A stretch of 49,400 nt of DNA from a virus (IMGVR_UViG_3300025852_000005:1-49400), one strand, 5' to 3'. Numbered from the stretch's first letter, positions 33,676-42,863 are shown. A program made the numbers and translations. The notes: a model not told the origin generated them from the letters alone.

Positions 33676-35550
33676 TTGTTCCCTCTCCTCTTTCTTTCGG
33701 GTGATGAACGCTTTGGCCTTTTCCTTTGCCAACGTAATGTACCACGCCTTGTCCAACGATGTCAAGAGTTTTCCACTATCTCGTAGCGCGTTGTCGTTGT
33801 CGATGATACAATGCTCCGGGGTGAGTGGAATCCTCGACCGTCCAGTCTCCTTTCCGTCCTCCATCTTGACCTTGTAGATGCCGCCGTACCACGGCTCTAT
33901 CGTGGCGTACACCCGGTTGACGCGTTGTACGATGTCTTCGCGCTCGACACCTTCACAATCCACCCACGGTTTGTCGCCCAACGGGTACAGGAGTTGGTGA
34001 ACGACCTTGCTGAATGTCCGTCCGGCCTTAGCAACAATCTGGAACCGCTCGATGTCATTACATGCGTCTATCGTGTCTGCAACAGGCACGTTGTCCAACA
34101 GGAATGACACGACTGCCTCGTCTATGATGGTCGCGCTATTCGACTTGAAGTCGCCCCCGGCATACTTGGCGACGACACCACCCTTCGCCTTGATCTTGCC
34201 GTCAGCGAAGCGTAGCACGTAGTTGTTCACGTTGGCTTGTACGATGGACTGTACCTCGTCAGTCTCAACAACGAAGTGAGTCCGACGCTGCCATCCCTCC
34301 ACGACGCGCTGTACGGTCCGTAGAGACACACGGGGGCATGAAACGACCCATCCGTCGGTGTTGAGTTGGATAAGCGTCAGGTCGTCACCTATGACTCGGT
34401 GGATGTTCTCAATGAGGTCGATGATGTAGAGTTGCCCCGACAGACACACGCGGGTGGCCTGCATCGGGTCGAACATCTTGTTGTACTGGTCTTTCATCGT
34501 GCCGTACGTCGTATTCAGCACCAGTTTCGCAGCGTCGGCGGTAGCCTTGTCGCCGGACGCCTTCGCCGCCATGCGGGTGTCGTAGAACGTCTTGTAGACG
34601 GACGGGTCTGCGACAGCCCGCGACATGTACCCGTTGTTGATGATGAGCGACGGATAGTATGACCCGATGTCTTGCATGAGGATGATTCTGTCCTCGCCGG
34701 AAGGACGACTTTGCCCCGATGTCTCCTTGTACGAAGGACGGGCAGCGTGGATGCCACCCAGCCCAACGACACAGGGGCAACCGTGGAACAGGAACTCAAC
34801 CTTCGGCGCGTCATTGTCCATACAGTTGTCAGTGTTGACTTTCTCGACGTACACTCTGACACTTTCGGGGATGGCGGTGATGTCCACGTTCTCGGGGATT
34901 TCGTACGTCTCAAACGGAGCACGGAACTTCTGCGCTTCCATGACCTCGGACACGATGCGAGCATTGGTGTGCTTCAGCATCGTGAGCGGATCAACATGAC
35001 GCAACTCACACAGGTCTGACTTGGACTTGAGATAGTCGAATCGCAGGTCGTAGAGCGCGGCTGTCGCGTCCACGTCGTGGATACAATAACGCAGCACCTC
35101 GGTGCGCTCTATTGTAGTCAGCGGTCGGTCGATGTCGAACGGAACACTCGACTCGACGATGGACATGCCGATGTTCGCTTCGATCTCTTTGAGACCCTTG
35201 CGCGGCACGATGTCATGGAACAGGTCGATGACAGGCGGCAGTTCTATCCACGGCTGTCCGTTGAACAGACCCCATACGACAGTCTTGTCGTCGTGACTGT
35301 TGATGATGGTGTCGTTGACTATCTTGATGTCCTCGGGGCACCAGCCAAGCAGCACCGCTTTGAGGATATAGGAATCGTAGTCGCGGAAGTTGTAGCCACA
35401 GAGGACGGGATTGTACGCTGTGATGAAGTTCTGCACGGACTCGGTGTCGTTCCAGATAGAGATGGTCTGACCGTCACGCTGCCGTTTTGCGACCAGCAGC
35501 CAGTCGTTAGAAAAGACCTCAAAATCCGCGTACCATATCGGCTGTGTCAT
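32797..35550 (-). CDS. Family-B DNA polymerase with 3'-5' exonuclease, fused in frame to a C-terminal ERF-like ssDNA-annealing domain
   Basis: ExoI DFEVF, ExoII GYNFRDYD, ExoIII YCIHDV; polymerase motifs DIGSYYPS, KLVLNTTYG, QLNTDG. No stop before the ERF-like region. ATG 35550 overlaps the upstream HNH stop (ATGA). Confidence 0.88.
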   Translation of the reverse strand: MTQPIWYADFEVFSNDWLLVAKRQRDGQTISIWNDTESVQNFITAYNPVLCGYNFRDYDSYILKAVLLGWCPEDIKIVNDTIINSHDDKTVVWGLFNGQPWIELPPVIDLFHDIVPRKGLKEIEANIGMSIVESSVPFDIDRPLTTIERTEVLRYCIHDVDATAALYDLRFDYLKSKSDLCELRHVDPLTMLKHTNARIVSEVMEAQKFRAPFETYEIPENVDITAIPESVRVYVEKVNTDNCMDNDAPKVEFLFHGCPCVVGLGGIHAARPSYKETSGQSRPSGEDRIILMQDIGSYYPSLIINNGYMSRAVADPSVYKTFYDTRMAAKASGDKATADAAKLVLNTTYGTMKDQYNKMFDPMQATRVCLSGQLYIIDLIENIHRVIGDDLTLIQLNTDGWVVSCPRVSLRTVQRVVEGWQRRTHFVVETDEVQSIVQANVNNYVLRFADGKIKAKGGVVAKYAGGDFKSNSATIIDEAVVSFLLDNVPVADTIDACNDIERFQIVAKAGRTFSKVVHQLLYPLGDKPWVDCEGVEREDIVQRVNRVYATIEPWYGGIYKVKMEDGKETGRSRIPLTPEHCIIDNDNALRDSGKLLTSLDKAWYITLAKEKAKAFITRKKEEREQMSTVDEKTNELQQEVVEPKAKPTRKKADPKESAQVPEQPPIPSFKQRLLALQGDMAKAASGVKFDKVIDNISYEYADTSQYKMWLCALCTSHDLIFKLDVDVKFLGIIGKTNKGADIFAAQADGAVTMRDVYTDEFETYCISGFGSNMQPGYCNGAAQTNMLRNFILNNYLLDNKGREGDDQAFSAATDSGAAKNGYVSGAAKAEIKQAIVDDKAEDASFATDMFAKALYDNILAAQKIDPKFCVKLVAEHFEADGTPKVGANGKSTLKKTKAVATLTKAEEIIVEGEKAAE

Positions 35551-36065
35551 CGCACGTCGCCCCACGTTCGACCCCGGTGTATGTGATTGATAGCGCTGTT
35601 GCTCACACCGTACATCTTGGCGATGGTGGACTGTGCTAGTCCTTTGCAGTTCAGCCATTCTTTGATTTGGCTAACGTAGACCGCTGTAAGGTGAGCCACA
35701 CCACCCCGCCGAACGTTCTCGATATGGGTTGCTGGTTCGAGATGAGCGGGGTTACAACAGGCTCGCTGGCCGCAAAGATGATCGAGTTCCAAACCATCCG
35801 GGACAGGGCCAACCAATCGCTCGTAGTATAGTTGATGTGCGTGCCTAGGGTTCATCCGAGTACCACCCGAGCCATAGCCGTCAGCATTGATGCTTCGCTG
35901 CCAAATCCAACACGGAGTTTTGTAACCACAGTCCTGCTCGACATACTCGACTGGCGACAACCGGGTGTGATGGTTGTGGATGTATCGACGGGGATGGCCG
36001 TTGTGTATGGTGGTGCGTTCGCCGCAACCGCATTGACAGAATCCGTATTCGATGTCCTGTGCCAT
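35547..36065 (-). CDS. HNH endonuclease (copy 3) with N-terminal CQCGCG and C-terminal HTH
   Basis: CWIWQ...GYG...AH...YE..VGPVPDGLELDHLC..RACCNP.HLEP.T..EN.RRG; AGGAG RBS. Confidence 0.9.
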   Translation of the reverse strand: MAQDIEYGFCQCGCGERTTIHNGHPRRYIHNHHTRLSPVEYVEQDCGYKTPCWIWQRSINADGYGSGGTRMNPRHAHQLYYERLVGPVPDGLELDHLCGQRACCNPAHLEPATHIENVRRGGVAHLTAVYVSQIKEWLNCKGLAQSTIAKMYGVSNSAINHIHRGRTWGDVR

Positions 36066-36106
36066 GTGCCCAACTCCTGTGTCGAATCGCTAACGTGTTT
36101 GTACCC

Positions 36107-36310
36107 TTATTCGCCAACCTCGACAGCCAACTGCAACGATCTGTTCGGCTCGGGCAGTCGCCCACCCAATGCCGCTTCCAGACACGCTACACTACAGAAC
36201 GCCGCGCGTCCAGTCCCAGTTTCGTCGCTGCGCCAGATGATGGGCAACTTCCCGCGCCGTGCGGGATACCCGCAACGGTGACAGGGAATCTCAGTAGTTC
36301 GGCGTGGCAT
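36107..36310 (-). CDS. Small zinc-finger protein
   Basis: CHRCG...FCSVAC. Confidence 0.55.
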   Translation of the reverse strand: MPRRTTEIPCHRCGYPARRGKLPIIWRSDETGTGRAAFCSVACLEAALGGRLPEPNRSLQLAVEVGE

Positions 36311-36515
36311 GTTCGCAGCCTTCCAAATGGCACCCGTACTTGTTTCGGATGCAGTACCCGTCGCTGTCCCCGAAGCCGAAGTCGCATTCCGGGACATCAA
36401 CATAGTCGATGCCAGACGGGATGTCAAGATGGAATCCGTCAATCTCGTCCGCGTCGTCATCGAGCGCGTCTGGATCGTCGAAATCGTCCCACTGTCGATG
36501 ACCTCGCGGTGTCAT
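36291..36515 (-). CDS. Small highly acidic, Cys-tailed protein
   Basis: WDDFDDPDALDDDADEIDG...; ATGA overlap with the primase stop. Confidence 0.55.
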   Translation of the reverse strand: MTPRGHRQWDDFDDPDALDDDADEIDGFHLDIPSGIDYVDVPECDFGFGDSDGYCIRNKYGCHLEGCEHATPNY

Positions 36516-38935
36516 GCGTCCCCCTCTGTCGGCTGACTTGCCTGTGTCAACGTGAACCTGCGGCCACCGTCGAGCAACTGAAACCCGAACCATATCTTGA
36601 CAGTCGCTTTGGTCTCCTCGTCAAACCATTTCTGCTTGCCTATCCACCCCGATGTCTGCAACGCACGCGACAGCGCGTTCGTGGAGCGGACATACTCACC
36701 GTTGTTCTTGGCCCAATGCTGGTAGATGCGGTACAGGTCGTTGTGCTTCAGCACCACGGACTCGTCATGCGGATTGCCCGGTGTGCAGCACTCGCCCAAG
36801 AACCGCGCCACCCAGTCCTCGTCCACGCGGTACTCCGCGCTCACGCGCACGACGGCGGCGGGCTTGACTGGGATATCGCAACCCATGTCGCAGAACTTGA
36901 CAGCACCCTCGATGGCCCACGCCAAGATGCCCGCACCCTCGCGCTCCATGAGCATCGAGTGGAAATCAGTGATGATCTCCTCGGGCCGGATGATGGCCTC
37001 GAACGGAAGGACGACGATGCGTCGCCATGTACCCGTGTCGGTGCTGCTGATTTTGGGTAGATGGTTGGTGGACAGCACCAGCGTGTGGGACGGGACGAAC
37101 TCGTGGGGGTCTTTGTAGAGTTTCTTGGCTACCATCATGTCGGTGGAGACCATGCGCTTCAGCATGGACGACGACAGGCGTTGCCCCTCCTCGGTCTCCT
37201 GCGCCACGGCGAACCGCTTGCCCTGCATCATCGCCATGCCGACGGCCTGCTCGTTGGGCTTGCCCGACATGAGTAGGTTCGGGTCGATGGATGTGGCGTA
37301 GTCACCCAGCAGGTACTCGATGGTGTTGAACAACGTGGACTTGCCGTTGGAGCCACATCCGTTGGCTATGATAAGGTTTTCGGTGTAAACCTTACCAACC
37401 AGCGCCGAACCGAATGCCTTTTGTACGAAGTCGATGAGTTCCGCGTCGTGGCAGAACACCTTGTCCAGAAACGCGTCGAACAGCGGCGTCGGCATCTTCT
37501 CGGGGGAGACGGAAGTCATCGACGTGAGCCGGTACTTGGCGTCGTGGGGCATGAGTTCGCCCGTCTTCAGGTCTACGACGCCCGTCGGTGTGTTCAACAG
37601 CCACGGGTCGGTGTTGAACGTGTCAGCCGACGCTATCATGTACGCCTTGTTCAGCGTGACCATCGCGGTGATGCCGTGCTCTGACTGTGACTTCAGCGCG
37701 TGGGCGTAGAGGGTCGCAGCAGGCTTGAGCCTGCGCTTGCCCTCCTCACTGTCCGGGGCCAGTCCGTCAGCATCGAGCGAGTCGATGACGCGCTGGTGCC
37801 ACGCCTTCGCGCTGTCGAGCAACGCCGTGGCAACATCCTTCGCGGCCAGCATCGCGCGGTAGTTGACATCGGTCTCCCACCGAGTGCCATCGAAGTAGCA
37901 CCAGCCCCACTCGGGAGTGTAACATAGGCCGTCGCTGTAGATTTGCGCGAGTACGATGGAGTTCCCGAGGTCGGTGTAGTCGTGCAGCGGAAAGTCCTCG
38001 GGGTCACTGTCCTCGGTCATCGACCCCTGACTGAAAAAACGCACCGCCTTCGTCTCCAACTGCTTCGATCCCTCGTACGCCGTGGCGGAACAGAGTGCTG
38101 CTGCCTTGGCGATGGAGTCCGGCAGATAGTCGGAGCGTTCGAGTTTCTTGGCGTGGGCCGCGTCTTTCGTGCGTGTCCACGGAGACGACATGAACGCCGT
38201 CGTCATCGCGTCGGTGTCGCGGTTGAGCCAATAGGCCAGTTTCGACATGAGCGCGAAGTCCGACGACGACTCGTCGCCAGTGTGGTCGGTTTTGTTATAG
38301 GTCGAGATCATCTTTTCGTCACGGGTCAGCGCGAACGCCAGCCACTCCTCGGGCGTACGGTCGCCGTGCTCGATGGGGCGATGCTCGGCGTTGGCCGATA
38401 CGATGGGCGGCAGGTACGTCTCGAACAGCCAGTCGATCTCGTCCTGCATGTTCTCGGCGTCGAAGTTGTTGGAGTCGAGGATGTCGCCCGTGACAGTGAC
38501 GAAGTTGCTGCCACTGTAGACCTCGATGCCGAGTGCGGTGTCCTTCGTGCGGTCGTTGGGTTTGACGGCACGCATGAACCCGTGCAGGCCGTTACCGGAT
38601 GGGGAATATTCCCAGTAGGTGTCACTCAGGTGGTCGTAGATGTCCTGTGCCACAGGGGACATGACCCCCGCCTCGTCGAAACAGTCGTCGAGGTCGATGG
38701 CCAGAAACCCGTCGGTGAAGACGAAACCCACCCCGGCCAGATCGTAGCGTTCCATCCCAACGAGCGCTTCTTCGAGCGTGGTAAAGTTGGTGATGTCGTT
38801 CTTGGCGCAGACGATGCCCGTCTTCGGGGATACTGGCGGCTTGGACAGCCGACCCTTGCCTGTATCGACGGCCCGCCAGCACAGCCAGTTCGGTGTGATG
38901 GCCAGCGCGTGCGGGATGTTCTCGTAGGATGTCAC
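36512..38935 (-). CDS. NrS-1-like primase-polymerase (AEP) fused to a D5/SF3 helicase
   Basis: W.CW...KPP..P.TG, G.GFVF...AIDLDDC, Y.EYSPSG.GLH, IEVY....FVTVTG; helical bundle D.S..DFAL..KLA.W; D5_N TDLGNS...W..FDG..W; Walker A GCGSNGKST; STNHLP; WRRI..LPF. Confidence 0.92.
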   Translation of the reverse strand: MTSYENIPHALAITPNWLCWRAVDTGKGRLSKPPVSPKTGIVCAKNDITNFTTLEEALVGMERYDLAGVGFVFTDGFLAIDLDDCFDEAGVMSPVAQDIYDHLSDTYWEYSPSGNGLHGFMRAVKPNDRTKDTALGIEVYSGSNFVTVTGDILDSNNFDAENMQDEIDWLFETYLPPIVSANAEHRPIEHGDRTPEEWLAFALTRDEKMISTYNKTDHTGDESSSDFALMSKLAYWLNRDTDAMTTAFMSSPWTRTKDAAHAKKLERSDYLPDSIAKAAALCSATAYEGSKQLETKAVRFFSQGSMTEDSDPEDFPLHDYTDLGNSIVLAQIYSDGLCYTPEWGWCYFDGTRWETDVNYRAMLAAKDVATALLDSAKAWHQRVIDSLDADGLAPDSEEGKRRLKPAATLYAHALKSQSEHGITAMVTLNKAYMIASADTFNTDPWLLNTPTGVVDLKTGELMPHDAKYRLTSMTSVSPEKMPTPLFDAFLDKVFCHDAELIDFVQKAFGSALVGKVYTENLIIANGCGSNGKSTLFNTIEYLLGDYATSIDPNLLMSGKPNEQAVGMAMMQGKRFAVAQETEEGQRLSSSMLKRMVSTDMMVAKKLYKDPHEFVPSHTLVLSTNHLPKISSTDTGTWRRIVVLPFEAIIRPEEIITDFHSMLMEREGAGILAWAIEGAVKFCDMGCDIPVKPAAVVRVSAEYRVDEDWVARFLGECCTPGNPHDESVVLKHNDLYRIYQHWAKNNGEYVRSTNALSRALQTSGWIGKQKWFDEETKATVKIWFGFQLLDGGRRFTLTQASQPTEGDA

Positions 38936-39165
38936 GCGACAACTCCCTGTTTGATCTTCACGATGTCACTGAACCGTACCGAATGGTACCCCCCGAACGC
39001 GGTCAATGTCAACCCCGCCTCGAAGATGTCCACCACTCGCCCCACGATGAGAACGGGCTTATTGTATCTTGTCCGACAAGGGTAAACATGCGCGGTCACT
39101 ATGTCACCTTGCTGAAGCGTGGTCAGGTCGAGCGGTGGTTCCTCTGTCTTCTTGCGTCGTGCCAC
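38932..39165 (-). CDS. Hypothetical protein (SH3-like beta barrel possible)
   Basis: First gene after the leftward promoter; GAGGGG RBS. Confidence 0.6.
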   Translation of the reverse strand: MARRKKTEEPPLDLTTLQQGDIVTAHVYPCRTRYNKPVLIVGRVVDIFEAGLTLTAFGGYHSVRFSDIVKIKQGVVA

Positions 39166-39189
39166 CGTGGCCCCTCTCGTGGAACGTCT

Positions 39190-39257
39190 ACACTATCACG
39201 TCCATGTCGTCGCGTCAAGCACGAATAGTTGCCGGTCTATGCGGTTTGGTGTATAAT
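39190..39257. promoter_or_regulatory. Divergent promoters
   Basis: Minus: TTGACG(39218-13)-17-TAGTGT(39195-90) with TGn extension. Plus: TTGCCG(39229)-17-TATAAT(39252-57). Confidence 0.65.
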
Positions 39258-39303
39258 GACAGCGAACTATTCACGCTTGTTGTATGCCCAAAATCGGAGT
39301 AGC

Positions 39304-39909
39304 ATGACCTCCACAAAACAGCGTCGCGCGGGAGAGGCCCATCACGTGATATCCATTCCAGACCCGACCCAGCGCACGCTTGAAGTTCTTGAACGTGAAA
39401 TGACGACCATGCACGAAAAACTTGACACGTCCATCTCTGCGCTCGGTGCCAAACTAGATGAAGCGATGGAGCATCGGGCCGACCTCACGGAGGCTAAGTT
39501 CACAACGGTCTCTCAGCGATTTGACCTTGAGGAGTCATGGCGCATCGAGCAGAAACGGGATTCGCTGGATAGTCTGGCGGCGGCTCTCTCCGCCGCCAAG
39601 GAAGCGGTGAGGGAGCAGACTAACGCAAGTGAAAAGTCCATCGCCAAGAGCGAAAACTCCACGAATGAGGCAATCAAGCAGTTGTCCGTGACGTTTACAG
39701 CCGCGATTGCTTCTGTGGAGCGCGCCGTTAGCGACCTGAAAGAGCGGGTCGTTTCCATCGAGTCTGCACGTCACGGCGATCCGATGCGGGAACGGGTCGT
39801 GGCGGTAGAGTCGCAGAGGGCGGGTGCGAAGGACAACACCGCCGCCATCTACGCAGGGGCAGCCGCACTCGTCGGGGTCGTTGCCATCGTGATAGCCGTA
39901 ATCAAGTAG
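39304..39909 (+). CDS. Coiled-coil protein with C-terminal transmembrane anchor
   Basis: Long heptad-rich helix ending AIYAGAAALVGVVAIVIAVIK. The only + strand gene in the replication arm. Start uncertain. Confidence 0.75.
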   Translation: MTSTKQRRAGEAHHVISIPDPTQRTLEVLEREMTTMHEKLDTSISALGAKLDEAMEHRADLTEAKFTTVSQRFDLEESWRIEQKRDSLDSLAAALSAAKEAVREQTNASEKSIAKSENSTNEAIKQLSVTFTAAIASVERAVSDLKERVVSIESARHGDPMRERVVAVESQRAGAKDNTAAIYAGAAALVGVVAIVIAVIK

Positions 39910-39911
39910 CA

Positions 39912-40118
39912 CTAGCGCACCTGACTGGTGCAATGGTAGCCTTTGCAGATAGGGCAATGATAGAAACGCATGGGTCGAGCAAACGACTTGCTCGACCCTA
40001 TTGCTGCCCGGATGGCCGCACCGATGGACTTGTAACGCTTCTTGTTTCCGCACATATTCTGGCGGACAGAGGTCGGAATCACGACGATTCGCCCGCGTAG
40101 TTCACTAGCGCCATGCAC
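39912..40118 (-). CDS. Small Cys/His zinc-binding phage protein
   Basis: C..KKRY.S...A..A......R.Y.CP.C.GYH.TS. Start uncertain. Confidence 0.65.
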   Translation of the reverse strand: MHGASELRGRIVVIPTSVRQNMCGNKKRYKSIGAAIRAAIGSSKSFARPMRFYHCPICKGYHCTSQVR

Positions 40119-40453
40119 TCATCCACGAGTTCGTGGTAGTCGCCCTGCCACCCGATGAATGGGATGGCCTTGGTCAGCGCCTCACGCAGCGCGGCTACCT
40201 CTGCGCGGGACTCGGCAAGGTCGCGTTCAAGTCCCATCATGCGATTCCCCATACCGCCAACATCGAGTGCCAGCGATTCCGCGTCATCGCAGTAAGACCG
40301 TGCCATTCTCCGTGCTTCGGCAAGGCGGGTGGTGAGTTCGGTCAGGGCTGCGGTCGCGTCGTCCTTCCACGCCTCCTGAACAAAGTAGGCGTTCTCCTCA
40401 ATGAAGATTCCGACCTCTGCCGCCAACTCCGCGTCGGTGCGGTCGTCAATCAT
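40079..40453 (-). CDS. Coiled-coil hypothetical protein
   Basis: AAGGAG RBS before MIDDRTDAEL. Confidence 0.65.
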   Translation of the reverse strand: MIDDRTDAELAAEVGIFIEENAYFVQEAWKDDATAALTELTTRLAEARRMARSYCDDAESLALDVGGMGNRMMGLERDLAESRAEVAALREALTKAIPFIGWQGDYHELVDECMALVNYAGESS

Positions 40454-40650
40454 CGTGTTTCTCCTTTCGTTATGCGGCAGGTTTGCTTCTTCGCGGCAGG
40501 GGCCGCGAGCATCGCGTCCAAATCTGCGATCATCGCCTGTTCTGCTGAGAACGCACGGAACAGGCTCGACACACCTGCCTCGGTAGTGCAACTGAACGAC
40601 AGGGTGGGCATTCCCGTCTGTGGATCGTGAAGCGTCAGCGTGTAACTCAT
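40450..40650 (-). CDS. Hypothetical protein
   Basis: AAGGAG RBS and ATGA couplings. Confidence 0.6.
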   Translation of the reverse strand: MSYTLTLHDPQTGMPTLSFSCTTEAGVSSLFRAFSAEQAMIADLDAMLAAPAAKKQTCRITKGETR

Positions 40651-40838
40651 TGTGTTGTCTCCTTCGGTGCTTCCCAGATGCCAGTCTCAACCCATCGTTG
40701 CGACCCTTCGGGGTCTTCTTCGTGACGGCTCACGCCACCCAGCAGATGTGCGAGACGGATATTCTCGGCTCGCTTGGCCTCGCGGGTCTTCTGGTAGTAG
40801 CGAACTGGCATCTTGGATTTCGGAGAGTTCATTGTCAT
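40647..40838 (-). CDS. Hypothetical protein
   Basis: ATGA couplings on both sides. Confidence 0.55.
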   Translation of the reverse strand: MTMNSPKSKMPVRYYQKTREAKRAENIRLAHLLGGVSRHEEDPEGSQRWVETGIWEAPKETTQ

Positions 40839-42226
40839 GCCCCTTTCACTTGTGCTATGGCTATTTCCCGGTACGCTTTCTCACTGAAGTCCTCGTGCCC
40901 TTGCAACTTCTTATACATGTCAACCTCGATGCTGCCCTCGGTCAGCAGCCACACGTACTCACAACTCTCCGTCTGGCCGTTGCGGTCGGTGCGAGCGCGG
41001 TACTGCTCGACTATCTCAGACGAGTCTGACGGCTCCATGAATATCGTGTACGACGACGCGAACAGGTCGATGGCCCGCGCTGCCGACTGGTACTGTCCGA
41101 TGAACACGGGCGTGTTGTCCTGCTGGAAGTCCTGCCAGATGTTCTTGTCGTTCTGCGCGCCGTTGAGTGTGTAGTACTTGATGCCTTTGGCTTTCAGCGC
41201 GCGCTCTAGCGCATCGCAGGTCGCGGTGAACTGATACGCGACCACCGTCTTTTTCGGCAAGTTCGCCTCGATGAGTTCGACGGCGTACTGCGTCTTGAGA
41301 GACTTGAGCGCGTAACGCTCACCCTTGACCTTACGTCCAGTCTCATCCATCGTGCCGGATTCACTGACATGCCCCGCTGCTATCTGCCGCAGCCTGAGCA
41401 TCCGCGTCAACGGATTGTCCATCACCATGTCAAGTGCCTCGACGTACGACTGAAGTGCGTCGTCGTAGAGTGCCTTCGTCGTCTTACCGAACGGAGCGGC
41501 ATTCTTGGTGTCAGCGAACGGCACCATGATTATCTCATCGTCCTGCACCTTCGGCAGATCGAGACAGTCCTTCTTCAGCACGCGGTACGAATACTGCGCC
41601 AGCACGTCCAGCAGTTCGGCGCGGTGACGGTATCCCACGATGATCTCGGCGTACGAGCCGGGGAGATTCTTGGTCACAAGGTACTGCCGCTTGAAGTCCG
41701 CCCACGCGGGCCACGCGTCACCGAGGACGGCACGCAGCGGTGCCCATGCGTCTTCGAGGTGGCTGTTGGTGATGAGTGTTCCGGTGAGGAGATAGACGTA
41801 CTTCGCTTTGCTCACCAGCCCGAGTGCCGCACCTTTGCCGATGAAATACTGCGTCCGGTTGGCCGTGGGTTTCTTGATCGCGTGCGACTCGTCGAGCACG
41901 ATGAAGTCCCATGCGCGCCATACGTCTTTCTGGTACTTCGACCCCTTGCGGGACAACTTGTCATAGTTTATCAGGGTGGTGCCCGCGTTGATGAGCCGCT
42001 GGCGGTCGGGTGAGAGTTTGGCGATGTCCCGCGCCCATGCACCGAGACCAGAGAGTGGTGCGACGATGAGCGCTGTGGACACCTCACCCGCAAGCATCAG
42101 GTTCGACAGATGAACGACTGTCGGAAGCGTCTTGCCCGTACCCTGCTCGGGTAGGAGCAGGAAGCGATCATGCTCCGTGAGCAGTTCGAGGATTCGCTTC
42201 TGATGCTCGAACATGATGTAGGCCAT
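40835..42226 (-). CDS. SNF2-family (SF2) helicase
   Basis: HQ...EQGTGKT, INYD, LDESH.IK, LLTGT, LRLRQIAAG, AIDL, Q...R..R.GQ. Confidence 0.9.
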   Translation of the reverse strand: MAYIMFEHQKRILELLTEHDRFLLLPEQGTGKTLPTVVHLSNLMLAGEVSTALIVAPLSGLGAWARDIAKLSPDRQRLINAGTTLINYDKLSRKGSKYQKDVWRAWDFIVLDESHAIKKPTANRTQYFIGKGAALGLVSKAKYVYLLTGTLITNSHLEDAWAPLRAVLGDAWPAWADFKRQYLVTKNLPGSYAEIIVGYRHRAELLDVLAQYSYRVLKKDCLDLPKVQDDEIIMVPFADTKNAAPFGKTTKALYDDALQSYVEALDMVMDNPLTRMLRLRQIAAGHVSESGTMDETGRKVKGERYALKSLKTQYAVELIEANLPKKTVVAYQFTATCDALERALKAKGIKYYTLNGAQNDKNIWQDFQQDNTPVFIGQYQSAARAIDLFASSYTIFMEPSDSSEIVEQYRARTDRNGQTESCEYVWLLTEGSIEVDMYKKLQGHEDFSEKAYREIAIAQVKGA

Positions 42227-42540
42227 CAGTGCTTCTTCCTTGCTTCTCTGGCGGCGTGGTACAGTTCCTCGGTGCGGTAGAGCCAGATCGAACGCTGGTT
42301 GCGGTAGACCCACACCGAGTCTTTGAGCCAATGTCCGCGCAGCGCCATCGTGTAGACGCGCTGGTGGACGCGGAACGGAGTCGCGGCAGGGGTATCGACG
42401 TATCGCATACCGTCGAGCACGGTGCCGGGTTCCGGCACGATTATCTCCAACGAGTCCTTTCCGCTGTCAACGAACGACGAAACAAGCATGGCCAACGGGT
42501 CTCGGGAGCACAGACGCGCGCGGTCGGCCTCGAATGTCAT
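42226..42540 (-). CDS. Hypothetical protein, paralogous domain to 45360 and 45851 genes
   Basis: Shares the ..FV.S......I...V.V.R....I.L pattern. Confidence 0.6.
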   Translation of the reverse strand: MTFEADRARLCSRDPLAMLVSSFVDSGKDSLEIIVPEPGTVLDGMRYVDTPAATPFRVHQRVYTMALRGHWLKDSVWVYRNQRSIWLYRTEELYHAAREARKKH

Positions 42541-42863
42541 CGCGTGGTCACCACGTCGATGACATTCGAGGCGACGGGTGTGATTACGAGACGCCCCGTT
42601 CCGCCGCTGATGTGAAGCATTCCCTCACACACATACACCGCGATTTCCCGATGCGCGTCAAGGGCAAACGCGATGCGTGCGCCGTTCGGCAAGGTCTCGT
42701 CCTCCTTGTCCCAATGGTGAATGCGTGTGTCGGTCTCACCCGCGTCGAGGCGGGCGTTGCGCGTGTTGGCTTCGTCCAGCCGCATTTCCAGAACGGTGAT
42801 CTCGGTGCGCGCCCACTTGGGCAGGGTGTCGAAGTTGCCCTCGTATCGTTTCATTGTTGTCAC
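42537..42863 (-). CDS. Hypothetical protein
   Basis: LPKWAR..I..LE coiled coil followed by a beta region; coupled starts and stops. Confidence 0.65.
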   Translation of the reverse strand: MTTMKRYEGNFDTLPKWARTEITVLEMRLDEANTRNARLDAGETDTRIHHWDKEDETLPNGARIAFALDAHREIAVYVCEGMLHISGGTGRLVITPVASNVIDVVTTR

